In this document: piece after piece, positions 35,377 through 44,336 of the stretch
Layout of the letters: each line of letters starts with the position of its first letter
Numbering within the stretch: the stretch's first letter is position 1
IMG/VR virus record: IMGVR_UViG_3300025018_000102
Location: 86,132 to 150,131 of that record
Length of the DNA: 64,000 nucleotides
Direction: 5' to 3' (one strand)
From: a virus
Notes under the pieces: generated by a model
The model's input: the letters and a program-made list of their open reading frames with translations, nothing else
Database searches by the model: none
Told to the model about the DNA's origin: nothing
Translations under genes and position numbers: made by a program

Positions 35377-37403
35377 CGTCTTGCTTTTCTGGACCTAACA
35401 GAGTCTAACATAGAGTGACCTGCTTGTGTAATGCCCTGGCCTGCGTAAGTCAAGGCTGAGGCGCCGGAGCCCGCACTCTGTACCGTGGCCCCTGGAGCAG
35501 TGACGACTTGGCCAAGCTTCTTTCCTGCGTTGATTGCCTGCTTCATGTACGAGGGCCCGCTGCGGTCATGTTGCTCCTTGCGTGCCTTTTCTTCGTCGTC
35601 TTTCTGCACGGTCTCTCGGGCTAGGTCCTTGTCGCCCTCGTCCTGCTTGGCCTTCTTCTTGGCAGCATTCTCTTGCCGCTTCTTCTCTCGGTCCGCCTTT
35701 ATGCGAGCGCGCTCCTCGTCCTTCATCTTCTTCTCTTCGGCCTTGGCGGCGGCTTGCTCTTCCTTGGCCTTCTGATTGTCTTCCTTCTCAGCGGCCTTGG
35801 CTTCACCCTGCTTCTCACGGACCTTTTGAGAAGCCTCGGCCCCAGCTTCCTTAGCTTGTTTCCGAGCCCCCTCGATGGCCGAGATGCGCTCCTCTTCCTT
35901 CTTCTTGGCCTTTTCGGCCTTTGCAGTCTCCTTCTCCCAGTCCTTCAAAGCCTCCTGATGTTCCGCGGCCTCGGCTGCCTTGGCCTCGTCATGGGCTCCG
36001 GATAGGTCGTGCGCCTCCCGTTGCATCTTGTTGAGTTTGGCCTTGTGCTCTTGCTTATCTAGTTTGTGGGCCTTTTGAGCGGTCTTGACCTGGGCAGCTA
36101 GGGCATTCTTCTTGTCCGTCCACTTGACCTTGGCGGCTGCGCCTGCACTGATCTTCGGCTCCTTAGCAGAATGAGCCTCGAGTGCGTCCTTGGCCCTGTC
36201 CACCTTCTCAGAGGTGGGAGCGTTCAAGCGGTGCTCTGCGATCTCCTTCTTCTTGGCCTTGATTTTGTTTTGGATCTTGTTGGACTTGTCCTTTTTCAAA
36301 GAAGGCTTCTGGCCCTTGACCTCCTTCAGCTTCTCACTGGCCTCTGAGTGGGCTGCCTTGGCTTCCTCAATCTTCTTCGTAGCCGCCTTCACGTCGGCGT
36401 CTGCTCGGTCCTTGGCTTCCTGGTGCTTGGCGGCCTGAGACTCAAACTTCTCCTTCTTGGAGCGCTGAGCGTCTGCTCGCTCTTTGTCCACCTTGGCTTG
36501 CTTGGCCTCATGATCAGCCATCTTACGCTCATAGAGCTTCTCTTGCCCTGCTTGGCGCTTAGCTTCTAGGACAGGGTCTGGAGTGTTCTGGAACTTATCA
36601 TTGGCTGCTTTAGCCTTCTCACCGACAGCAGCCTTCAGTCCCTCTTTGTGTGCCTTCTCATGTGCTTGGGCCTCCTTGTGCATGCCCGCGTTCTTGAGTC
36701 GCTCTGACATGAACTGGTGGTCACCAGGACTTTCTATGCTTGCTTGCGCTTGCTGCCTCAGAGCCTCCGCCTGTTTTGAGTCTCCCGCTTTCTCGGCTGC
36801 CGCAGCCTGCTGGTACATCTCCATTGGGTCGTCAGTGCGGCCGTGCTCCCCGTTGGTGAATGCCTGCTGATCGTTCTTCTTCTGGTGAAGTGGGTCCTTG
36901 TTAGCCTCTTCGTTTCGAGATGCCGTCTCGGCCGTGGCCTTGTCTGTAGCAGCCTGCTCACCGGGAGTTTCAGCCTCTGGGCTGTCCTCTTTCTCCTCAG
37001 GTCCCTTGGCCTTGAAGGCAGCATGGGCCTTAGCTGACTCACTGTCAGGGGCATGAGTAGCCGCGCCGTTTCCTCCATGGGAGATGCATTCCTTGCCTCC
37101 CCCGTAAGGACAGGCGGGGTTCTTTGCTGCCGGGGCACTAGGTGATGGGTCAGCAGCTCCACCTGCCTTGGGTTCGGCCATGCCTGGGCCTGCTACGTTG
37201 CTTGGGGGCTTTATGGTGCCAGTCTTGACGGTCAACTTAGGGCTTGCCGGCTTGTCCGGAGTCTTGTAGGCACCACGCCCACCTCCCTTGCCCTGATAAC
37301 CCTTAGCCTTTTCAAGAAGCTCTCCCTCACCCACGCCCACAAGGCCGCGTTCGCCATCGGCGCCAACAGATTTGAACAGGGCGGGGTGAAGAAAGAGATT
37401 CAT
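35373..37403 (-). CDS. Lys/Ala/Glu-rich coiled-coil protein (probable internal head protein)
   Basis: 676 aa low-complexity helical sequence; CCHH motif shared with MuF. Confidence 0.65.
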   Translation of the reverse strand: MNLFLHPALFKSVGADGERGLVGVGEGELLEKAKGYQGKGGGRGAYKTPDKPASPKLTVKTGTIKPPSNVAGPGMAEPKAGGAADPSPSAPAAKNPACPYGGGKECISHGGNGAATHAPDSESAKAHAAFKAKGPEEKEDSPEAETPGEQAATDKATAETASRNEEANKDPLHQKKNDQQAFTNGEHGRTDDPMEMYQQAAAAEKAGDSKQAEALRQQAQASIESPGDHQFMSERLKNAGMHKEAQAHEKAHKEGLKAAVGEKAKAANDKFQNTPDPVLEAKRQAGQEKLYERKMADHEAKQAKVDKERADAQRSKKEKFESQAAKHQEAKDRADADVKAATKKIEEAKAAHSEASEKLKEVKGQKPSLKKDKSNKIQNKIKAKKKEIAEHRLNAPTSEKVDRAKDALEAHSAKEPKISAGAAAKVKWTDKKNALAAQVKTAQKAHKLDKQEHKAKLNKMQREAHDLSGAHDEAKAAEAAEHQEALKDWEKETAKAEKAKKKEEERISAIEGARKQAKEAGAEASQKVREKQGEAKAAEKEDNQKAKEEQAAAKAEEKKMKDEERARIKADREKKRQENAAKKKAKQDEGDKDLARETVQKDDEEKARKEQHDRSGPSYMKQAINAGKKLGQVVTAPGATVQSAGSGASALTYAGQGITQAGHSMLDSVRSRKARR

Positions 37404-37406
37404 ACG

Positions 37407-38111
37407 TTAGCCAGCGAGAGAAGGGTCTAGGTCAGCGCCGCCGGTTGGGCGGATGTTGATGGGAACGGAGCCTTGGGGCACGACGGGCGGCGGGCCTTGC
37501 GGAACGGCATCAGGCTTGAAGGTCTTGAAGACCTCCAACTGCTGCTCCTGGGCTTTTTGCATGCCGTAGGGGCGACGACGAGGCAGGTTAGGGTTCGATT
37601 GTGCCCGAATCTCGTCAGGCGACATTAGTTCGACCTCAGTGATTGGGTCACCCGTAACAATGGCGTCCTCTAGTTGCTCAAGAGCAGCCTCGTACTTGTA
37701 CGCCTGGATGACGAGCAACTCGACGAAGGAGCCCACTGTCACCACTCGATGCGGGGTGCCACCAGGAACAAGAACTTCGTCCCCAGTCTCGATGCCTGTT
37801 GCGACCGAGGTCTTGTCATCGCCCTCCAGTGTCTCAATGATACAGGAGCCCCGAAGCACACGAAATGCTCGGTCCTTCTTTGGATTCACCACCATCTCGA
37901 TGGCCTGGTGGGCCATCACGTAGCGAGTGAATGTCTCAAACCCTCGAGACTCCTGGCCAGCCACCGTGTAGCCTCCAGGAGCGAGTGTCCTGCCGGCAGC
38001 GTCAACTCGGTTGATCGCTGAGAAGGCAGGGGGCTTTGGGCCCTCTGGGCGCCGTCGTCGCTTGTGTAGGGTCTTAGGGTCGATTTGTGGTCGTCGGTCT
38101 TGTGGTCTCAT
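37407..38111 (-). CDS. Cupin-fold protein
   Basis: 'VLRGS...GDEVLVPGGTPHRV'. Confidence 0.6.
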   Translation of the reverse strand: MRPQDRRPQIDPKTLHKRRRRPEGPKPPAFSAINRVDAAGRTLAPGGYTVAGQESRGFETFTRYVMAHQAIEMVVNPKKDRAFRVLRGSCIIETLEGDDKTSVATGIETGDEVLVPGGTPHRVVTVGSFVELLVIQAYKYEAALEQLEDAIVTGDPITEVELMSPDEIRAQSNPNLPRRRPYGMQKAQEQQLEVFKTFKPDAVPQGPPPVVPQGSVPINIRPTGGADLDPSLAG

Positions 38112-38128
38112 GTTTGTCCTTCTAAGCG

Positions 38129-38662
38129 CTATGTGATGCGCTTACCCGTTTGTTGGTACTTGTAATCTACGGCATAAGCAGCTTGCTCATGGTAGCTATC
38201 GCGGTAGGCTCGCTCTCCTCGGATCCAGGCACATAGCCAGTTACCTACTGCGTGTTGAAGAGTCGCGCCCAACCATAGGATACTACCGCAAACAAACGCT
38301 GCCGTCCAATGCCCATAAGCTGCTAAGACGCCAAAAGGCACCCAAGCCCAGAGGAAAGATCCTAGCGTGATGCTCTCGAACTGCTTTACGTGGAACTGCT
38401 CATGCACCGTGATTCGGTGAAGCGTTCCGTCTGCTGCGGGCTTCACGTGAGGGGCGTACATGAGCGCATGACCGATGGATGTGCCACTCCAGTCCTTGTA
38501 CCACGTGCGCATGGGCCAACTGTCCTCCTTGAGGGTGAAGGCCAACGAGCCCTCTTCCCACCGAAGGTCGCGGCCCCACGCCGCTCGGAATGGAAGGATC
38601 CAAAGGATCCAAAGGAGGACGTCAAGAGGCCAAGTCCAAATGTAGGGGAGTAGTCGTCTCAT
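38129..38662 (-). CDS. Membrane protein with HExxH motif
   Basis: 'VHEQFHVKQ', hydrophobic segments, downstream 'EQAAY'. Confidence 0.55.
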   Translation of the reverse strand: MRRLLPYIWTWPLDVLLWILWILPFRAAWGRDLRWEEGSLAFTLKEDSWPMRTWYKDWSGTSIGHALMYAPHVKPAADGTLHRITVHEQFHVKQFESITLGSFLWAWVPFGVLAAYGHWTAAFVCGSILWLGATLQHAVGNWLCAWIRGERAYRDSYHEQAAYAVDYKYQQTGKRIT

Positions 38663-39051
38663 ATGCTTCTTGGCTTTCGGTGGTAAGGCCTGTGTACTAG
38701 GAGTATGTGCCGGGACATGGACATCCCATTAGGCAGCCTTACCTCGAGTGTGAACAGATTTCCTATGCGGACTAAAGTGTCTTGCTTGGCAAGATTGCCA
38801 TTCAGGTATACCAAACCCATCTTTGTGAAGTTCTTTGATTCTCTTACGGAACTAGTAATCCCACTCAGGTCGAGCACTCGCCAGATGGGGGCAAACTCCA
38901 CAACATGGCTAGCAGGCCATTGTACCACAATAGGCCTTGGACGGGTGGGGGCCGTAGGAGGCCTAATGACGATTGTGTCAAAAAACCCTGGTCCTGGTGC
39001 GTTTAGGTTCTGGGTGATCGCACCACCCAGGGTATTTAGGCCCTGCATCAT
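38659..39051 (-). CDS. S4-like RNA-binding domain protein
   Basis: 'VLDLSGITSSVRESKNFTKMGLVYLNG' matches the S4 pattern of TyrRS C-terminal domains. Confidence 0.5.
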   Translation of the reverse strand: MMQGLNTLGGAITQNLNAPGPGFFDTIVIRPPTAPTRPRPIVVQWPASHVVEFAPIWRVLDLSGITSSVRESKNFTKMGLVYLNGNLAKQDTLVRIGNLFTLEVRLPNGMSMSRHILLVHRPYHRKPRSI

Positions 39052-39740
39052 ATGATGTTGGCCTTTCTCTTAGTTTGCACGCCAGTTCCCGTAGTCACAT
39101 TCTCCCCACCAGCCGTTTCAATGGGCCAGCGTCTGAGAGGGGTGACCCCATCGTCGTCATATAAGACAAGCTCTTGTGCAGTGAAGTCCACCTCAAGCCT
39201 ATTCTGTAGGTGTTTCTTGATCACACTTGTGTCCAGTATGAGGACTGCGGATTCGGCCTGTAGTGCAGTGACGGAGGTCTTCAAGGTGTCCGTGTCTGCA
39301 AGTATGGCGGTAGTGTCACCTGATACCTGGGCAAGTTGCGCTGCTTGAGTAACATCCAAGCCCGACCCGCTTGTGACAGAGATTAGCCCTGCGGCGTTGA
39401 AAGACCGGATAGACACTTGGTTGACATTAGCCACATCTGCAATATTGGAGTTGGCCCCAACTAAGTTCACAGCGTACTGCCCGTCCTCAAAGGTCACTGT
39501 GTAGCCATTGATAATCTCAACAGTTCTAGCAAATGTAACGCCTGAAAGGTTCACAGATGTGTTGTGTTGATGGGTGTCCTCAAAAGGCTCACCCTCTTCA
39601 CTTGCCTCAATAGCTTTTAGTTCTAGCCTAAACGCGTTGATGTCCAGCTGTCGAACCTCCGGAGGGCCCGCAGATATGAGAGTAAGATCAGCACGGGGCA
39701 CAGTGATGACTCTCGTCAGCCAGTTTATTTGTAGCGCCAT
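39048..39740 (-). CDS. Hypothetical virion-associated protein
   Basis: 230 aa with GGAG SD; beta-rich N-half and coiled coil. Confidence 0.6.
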   Translation of the reverse strand: MALQINWLTRVITVPRADLTLISAGPPEVRQLDINAFRLELKAIEASEEGEPFEDTHQHNTSVNLSGVTFARTVEIINGYTVTFEDGQYAVNLVGANSNIADVANVNQVSIRSFNAAGLISVTSGSGLDVTQAAQLAQVSGDTTAILADTDTLKTSVTALQAESAVLILDTSVIKKHLQNRLEVDFTAQELVLYDDDGVTPLRRWPIETAGGENVTTGTGVQTKRKANII

Positions 39741-39751
39741 GCTTACTCCAC

Positions 39752-40189
39752 CTATCCAGTGGGCCCGTTACCTCTGGATTTGGCAAAGGCAATCCTCTCA
39801 CGCTCCTCCATGGTGGAAAGGCGCGCGGACACTAGTGCAAGTGTAGCCTCTAAATGGATGACTGCGATGTGTGTGGCATTACCAAAGTTTACGATACCAT
39901 CATAGATAGTATCTCCGCCATCCTGGATAATAGATCCGTCGTAGAGGTGTTCTGCAAGCGTGTCGTCAATATTGTACGGCGCGTTCAGCGTGATAATGTT
40001 ATCCGTCGAACGCTCGGAGGGCGTATCATTTGTGATATCAAGAAGGTCATTAGGCGCAGCAACAGCGTCGTCAGCCTTGGCCTGTAGCCATCGGTGAAAC
40101 TCGATGACGGTGTTATTTGTGGTTGTACCCGTGTAACGGATGTCACCATTTGCGGAGATAGAGTAATCGCTATCTACTACTGCAGCCAT
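39752..40189 (-). CDS. Hypothetical protein, possibly truncated
   Basis: GGAG SD and TATAAT upstream; abrupt compositional change in last ~35 aa. Confidence 0.55.
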   Translation of the reverse strand: MAAVVDSDYSISANGDIRYTGTTTNNTVIEFHRWLQAKADDAVAAPNDLLDITNDTPSERSTDNIITLNAPYNIDDTLAEHLYDGSIIQDGGDTIYDGIVNFGNATHIAVIHLEATLALVSARLSTMEERERIAFAKSRGNGPTG

Positions 40190-40244
40190 TTATAACTACT
40201 CCAATACTTATAAGTGAACAAAAACCGGTTAAGCTATCATTATA

Positions 40245-40748
40245 CTATGGAACTAGTCTTTCAACCAGATAAACTACGAGATGTACCAGGGTGGTCACGA
40301 TGGCAATCAATCCCATCATGGGGCCATTCTTGCTCATGAATGCCTTTATTGCCGAATCCTCGCCCATGGGCGTGGTCCGATCGATCTCAGCCCGCACCTC
40401 GGCCAGTCGGTGGCGTCCAGTTGCTTCTGCCACACGCTGGCCCTCAAGAGTGCCCTTGAGAAGCATGAACTCTCGGTGGTGTTTGCCTTGCTCGTCTGCG
40501 TTGGCCTTGACGGTGCCCTCAAGTTTCACAACCCTGTCCTCCAGGGAGTTTATTAACACTTCGTTACGCGAAACGAAGACCTTGAACTTCTCCACAAGGT
40601 CAGCGATCTTACGGCCTTGGTCGGAGTTCTCCCCGTCCCCACGAAGAGCCAGTCCCTCAAGTGCGGCAAGCTTGAAGAGCAACTCAGTCTGTTTTTCCTT
40701 GAGTCGGGTGATCTCAGCGGTGTGCTCTAGTAGTGTCTTTTCTTGCAT
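40245..40748 (-). CDS. Coiled-coil protein with single C-terminal TM helix (holin-like)
   Basis: Heptad-rich N-term, 'MMGLIAIVTTLVHLVVYLV'; start overlaps receiver gene stop. Confidence 0.5.
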   Translation of the reverse strand: MQEKTLLEHTAEITRLKEKQTELLFKLAALEGLALRGDGENSDQGRKIADLVEKFKVFVSRNEVLINSLEDRVVKLEGTVKANADEQGKHHREFMLLKGTLEGQRVAEATGRHRLAEVRAEIDRTTPMGEDSAIKAFMSKNGPMMGLIAIVTTLVHLVVYLVERLVP

Positions 40749-41527
40749 TACTTAGTCCCCCAAATATCGTCGTCCCACTGTGTCAATACCTCACTGATGG
40801 CCTCCTTGGCGGCTACTGGCGTGTTGATATCTGGGCTGGACTTGATACGTTTCTGAAGTGCTTGCAGGGCTGGAGAAGGCGGAGGCTTGGTTGTGCGCTC
40901 CTGGTACAGGGACATTAGGGAGCGGGCGTCTTGAAGGGCACTGTCGACCCCGCCCGCCTCTAGGATCTCAACGACGCGATCGTACGCACTAGGGGAGTTG
41001 AGGACCAAGTACTCCTTGATCTTGTGGAACATGTCCTCAAAGAGGTCGATGTGAGGAGACAGGGCGGTGGCCCCGGTAAACTCTCCCGCGTTCAGGTTGG
41101 AGTGCGACTCGAGAAGCATCCGCTTGGCCTGAGTCTCACGGTGCTTACGCTTGAGTGCGTAGATGATCTCTCGCTCCAGCATCTCGGGAGCGATGTCGTG
41201 GTTCTTGACAATGAACGACTGGGCCCCGGCCGAAACGGAGTTCATTGAGACTTGGAGGTCGTCACGTCCTGACAGGACGAGCACAGGCACGTTGGGCGCC
41301 GCCCGGATCACGCTCACAGCAGTATCTACCCCGCTGGAGTCCTCAAGAGTGAGATCCAATAGGATGATATCAAAAGTTCGAGTGCTCAGTGCCTGGAGAG
41401 CCGTAGAGAGCCACCCAGCCTGTGTGACGTTCGCGCGCAAGATCTGCGTACGACGCAGTTTGCTCTTGAGCAGCTCCGCATCGTCAACATTGTCTTCCAC
41501 TAGAAGTATCTCAACTGGGATGTTCAT
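40748..41527 (-). CDS. Response regulator: receiver domain plus unknown helical C-terminal domain
   Basis: 'ILLVEDN', 'IILLDLTL', 'VLSG', 'FIVK'; ATG at 41527. Confidence 0.85.
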   Translation of the reverse strand: MNIPVEILLVEDNVDDAELLKSKLRRTQILRANVTQAGWLSTALQALSTRTFDIILLDLTLEDSSGVDTAVSVIRAAPNVPVLVLSGRDDLQVSMNSVSAGAQSFIVKNHDIAPEMLEREIIYALKRKHRETQAKRMLLESHSNLNAGEFTGATALSPHIDLFEDMFHKIKEYLVLNSPSAYDRVVEILEAGGVDSALQDARSLMSLYQERTTKPPPSPALQALQKRIKSSPDINTPVAAKEAISEVLTQWDDDIWGTK

Positions 41528-41567
41528 TTCCCAATAGTAGCACATTTGAGTCTGTGTGAGTATGGCT

Positions 41568-41819
41568 CTAAGCGCGGTACTTGAGCCTAAACTGCCTGAC
41601 CATCCCCACAACGGCCATCGTAGCGCACCACGCGTCCAGAACCACAAACACCAGGAGCCATCGCTGATAAGGGTCCCTAAGAGCCAGCCAAAGCTCGACG
41701 CCCCCGTACATCACGTAGGTGATAAAGAGGCGGAGGTGGGGGATGTGGCCCTTCGACATACTCCACAGGTTGGTGGCCTGGAGCATCGCGGCGGTTAGGG
41801 ATGAGAGGGCGAACAGCAT
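41568..41819 (-). CDS. Small multi-TM membrane protein
   Basis: Three hydrophobic stretches; GGGAGG-free context, ATG at 41819 chosen by hydrophobic start. Confidence 0.5.
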   Translation of the reverse strand: MLFALSSLTAAMLQATNLWSMSKGHIPHLRLFITYVMYGGVELWLALRDPYQRWLLVFVVLDAWCATMAVVGMVRQFRLKYRA

Positions 41820-41939
41820 GAGTTGGAACGGGAGGTAACGTTCGAGGCTACATCTTCCCACCCCAAAGGTTCGCCGGTAACTTAATCCGGCGCTTGGAAT
41901 GAGCCGTCTTTCCTTTAGACTACTCCCGGAACCCTGAGT

Positions 41940-42110
41940 CTACCATGAACACCAGCCCTGTGTAGACCTAAAGCGCTCAATCTTGTCTTCCTCGCCCTTT
42001 TTTAGGGAGATCCGTGCCTTCTGCCGCTCGCTCCTGCGTTGACGCTTGATCACGCATGGGACCTCTTTGTCGTAGCGGCAGTTCTTGTTGTGTCGGTCTC
42101 TAGCAGCCAT
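41940..42110 (-). CDS. Small basic protein (56 aa, not in ORF track)
   Basis: MAARDRHNKNCRYDKEVPCVIKRQRRSERQKARISLKKGEEDKIERFRSTQGWCSW; AAGGAG SD upstream. Confidence 0.55.
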   Translation of the reverse strand: MAARDRHNKNCRYDKEVPCVIKRQRRSERQKARISLKKGEEDKIERFRSTQGWCSW

Positions 42111-42112
42111 GA

Positions 42113-42304
42113 CTAAGCTCCTTTGAAGGGCTCCACCCGTGCGGGGGTGCCTAGTGTGCGGATCGCGTTGGCGAGGTGAGTATCACACACCTGAAGCTTT
42201 TGTCCGGAGTCTACGCTTTCCAATGCCCACGAGAGTTTGTCCTTGCACGAGTCATCGGCAAGGCTGCATAGGTTCACAGTCTTTCTTTCAGAACGGGTAC
42301 GCAT
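42113..42304 (-). CDS. Small Cys/His protein
   Basis: C..C..CDTH pattern; fills gap after receiver gene. Confidence 0.5.
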   Translation of the reverse strand: MRTRSERKTVNLCSLADDSCKDKLSWALESVDSGQKLQVCDTHLANAIRTLGTPARVEPFKGA

Positions 42305-42309
42305 GGGAT

Positions 42310-42699
42310 CTAGGGGAGGGATATGTTGTGGACCCACCATGTGTCGGCGGCCTTGGCGAACTCTTTGAACTTCGCGGGCGTGGCTGGCTTAGACATGTAT
42401 GCAGCGCACTGGAGGTTGTAGGCGGCTCGAATGTGGTCGGTATTGGTGGAACTTGTGAGGACAACCACGGGTATGGATCTTGTCGTAGGGAACTTTTTGA
42501 GCAGTTCCAACACTTTATCCCCGCGGATCTTGGGAAGGTTGATGTCGAGGAATATGAGGTCGGGATAGGATTCCTCTGCCAATATGAGCCCTTCTTCGCC
42601 GTCTCGAGCCACAATGAACTCAAAGGGTAGGTTCCGAAAAGCGTTCTTAACGAACTTGATGTCCGTCTCACTGTCCTCGATGAGCAGCACTCTGATCAT
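42310..42699 (-). CDS. Single-domain response regulator (Rcp1/CheY-like)
   Basis: 'LLIEDS', 'IFLDINLP', 'VLTSS', 'YMSKP', C-terminal WW; ATGA-coupled to kinase. Confidence 0.9.
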   Translation of the reverse strand: MIRVLLIEDSETDIKFVKNAFRNLPFEFIVARDGEEGLILAEESYPDLIFLDINLPKIRGDKVLELLKKFPTTRSIPVVVLTSSTNTDHIRAAYNLQCAAYMSKPATPAKFKEFAKAADTWWVHNISLP

Positions 42700-43886
42700 G
42701 TGGAGCTTTCTGCGAATGGAAGGTGCACTCGCACCTCAGTTCCGTGGCCAATCCCTCGACTACTGACTTCTATCTTGCCGTGATGTGACTCGACGATCTT
42801 CTTCACTAGAGTGAGGCCTAAACCGGAGCCTGAGAACTCGCGCTCCGGATTGAGCTTGAAACAAGCCTGACCCACCTTGTCTACGTATTCTGAACTTATA
42901 CCTATTCCATTGTCTGTCACACTTAGTACTACATAAGGATACTTCAGTTTAGCACTAATATCAATACTTGGTTTTTCTACCTTTGAACTGAACTTTAGGG
43001 CATTTCCTAGGACATTCTCAACTACCTGAATGAGTAGGGCATGCTCCCCCTTGACATGTAGTTCCTCAGGCACATCAATGGTCAACTCAGGCTGTGTTGT
43101 CTCGATGCGGTTCTTGTAGGTCTGAAGAGCGTCGGACACCACCAAACTGAGGGACACTGGGACGGGGTCGATCTCTACTCCTATTTTCGCAAACTTCACA
43201 AACGACTCGATGACGGAGAAGCCCTTGTGCCCACTCTTGATCAGTTGCTCGGCGAAGTCCTTCCTGACGTCCTCAGGCGTCTCTGGATCGATGATCACAT
43301 CTGCACACATCATCATGGTGCGGATGGGCTCCTTCAGGTCGTGGGAGGCGATGAAGGTGAACTGGTCTCGTTCGGAATGGGCCATCTTCAGTCTGTTCTG
43401 TGCCTCCACAAGTTCACTCACGTCCATGTGAGTGCCCATCACCATGCACACCTGTCCGTCGTCATCAAAGAACGGCATTCCCATGTCTAGGTGGTACGTC
43501 CACTCTCCAGACACTTTTCGGGCGCGCACAATCTGCTGGTAAGGCTCTCCGTACATTACACAGCGATCGAAAGCTGCCTGTACGGCTGGGCGGTCATCCT
43601 TGTGGATTAGGCACAGCCAGTCGTCAACCTCTGGGAGGATGTCCACATAGCCCAAGGCGGCGTGGTGTCGACCGCTGCTCCACCGAACGCCAGCTCCCGG
43701 AGTCCACTCGTAGTGGCCCTCGGACATGGTATCCACGAAGTCCTTGTAGCGCTTGTAGTCCGCGGTCTTGTCGAGCCGCACCTTCAGTCTATGGATGCCG
43801 TACACCGCCAGCAATGTGATGAGAAGAACACCCACGCTAGTTAGGCCCACTATGTTCTCGATAAAACTGGTTAGGAGGGAGTTCAT
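42696..43886 (-). CDS. Sensor histidine kinase (TM-PAS-HisKA-HATPase)
   Basis: N-term TM; PAS 'IHKDD...GTHMDVSE'; H-box SHDLKEP; N-box NALKF; DNGIGI; GSGLGL. Confidence 0.92.
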   Translation of the reverse strand: MNSLLTSFIENIVGLTSVGVLLITLLAVYGIHRLKVRLDKTADYKRYKDFVDTMSEGHYEWTPGAGVRWSSGRHHAALGYVDILPEVDDWLCLIHKDDRPAVQAAFDRCVMYGEPYQQIVRARKVSGEWTYHLDMGMPFFDDDGQVCMVMGTHMDVSELVEAQNRLKMAHSERDQFTFIASHDLKEPIRTMMMCADVIIDPETPEDVRKDFAEQLIKSGHKGFSVIESFVKFAKIGVEIDPVPVSLSLVVSDALQTYKNRIETTQPELTIDVPEELHVKGEHALLIQVVENVLGNALKFSSKVEKPSIDISAKLKYPYVVLSVTDNGIGISSEYVDKVGQACFKLNPEREFSGSGLGLTLVKKIVESHHGKIEVSSRGIGHGTEVRVHLPFAESST

Positions 43887-44131
43887 AAGTAGGGAGGCTT
43901 GTTGTGCGCGGAAGCGTCGCGCGCCGCTTTACCCCGAAGAGTCTGGCGGCCCCGGACATAGGTGTAGTAGACCTCAAGGCCATTGGGGCCCTCGACCATC
44001 AACTCAGCTAGGCCGGAGTCGTTGTCTTCACTGTAGCGACGGGCCTGTTCGTTGGCGACCCCATAGAAAAAGGGACCTACGATCTCTTCAGATCGAAAGT
44101 CCCGATAATACCACACTTCTCCCTGGCTCAT
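43883..44131 (-). CDS. Hypothetical protein, first gene of two-component operon
   Basis: 82 aa; TGCTATAAT 6 nt upstream of ATG; ATGA overlap with kinase. Confidence 0.65.
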   Translation of the reverse strand: MSQGEVWYYRDFRSEEIVGPFFYGVANEQARRYSEDNDSGLAELMVEGPNGLEVYYTYVRGRQTLRGKAARDASAHNKPPYL

Positions 44132-44157
44132 TTAGCCATTATAGCATGGATCAAAAC

Positions 44158-44232
44158 TGGACCCCCGCCTCCGATTCGAACGGAGATAGTTGGCACCAAA
44201 AACCAACGTCTTAGCCATTAGACGAACGGGGA
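44158..44232 (-). tRNA. tRNA-Gln(TTG)
   Basis: TCCCCGT...TTGGT-TTTTGGT-GCCAA...CGTTCGAATCG...TCCA. Confidence 0.85.
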
Positions 44233-44253
44233 GTAGAGAACCGGGGCTCTCGG

Positions 44254-44327
44254 TCAAAGCGGCAGGATTTGAACCTGCAATCTCCTGTATCCAAAACAGG
44301 CGGCCTACCAGATTGGCCCACGCTCTG
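44254..44327 (-). tRNA. tRNA-Pro(TGG), CCA not encoded (ACCG)
   Basis: CAGAGCG...CCTGT-TTTGGAT-ACAGG...GGTTCAAATCC. Confidence 0.88.
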
Positions 44328-44336
44328 AGAAATCAG

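Noticed and set aside
31764-40189. Terminase large subunit expected upstream of portal
   Set aside because: No Walker A/B plus RNase H nuclease ORF seen; presumably encoded outside the window
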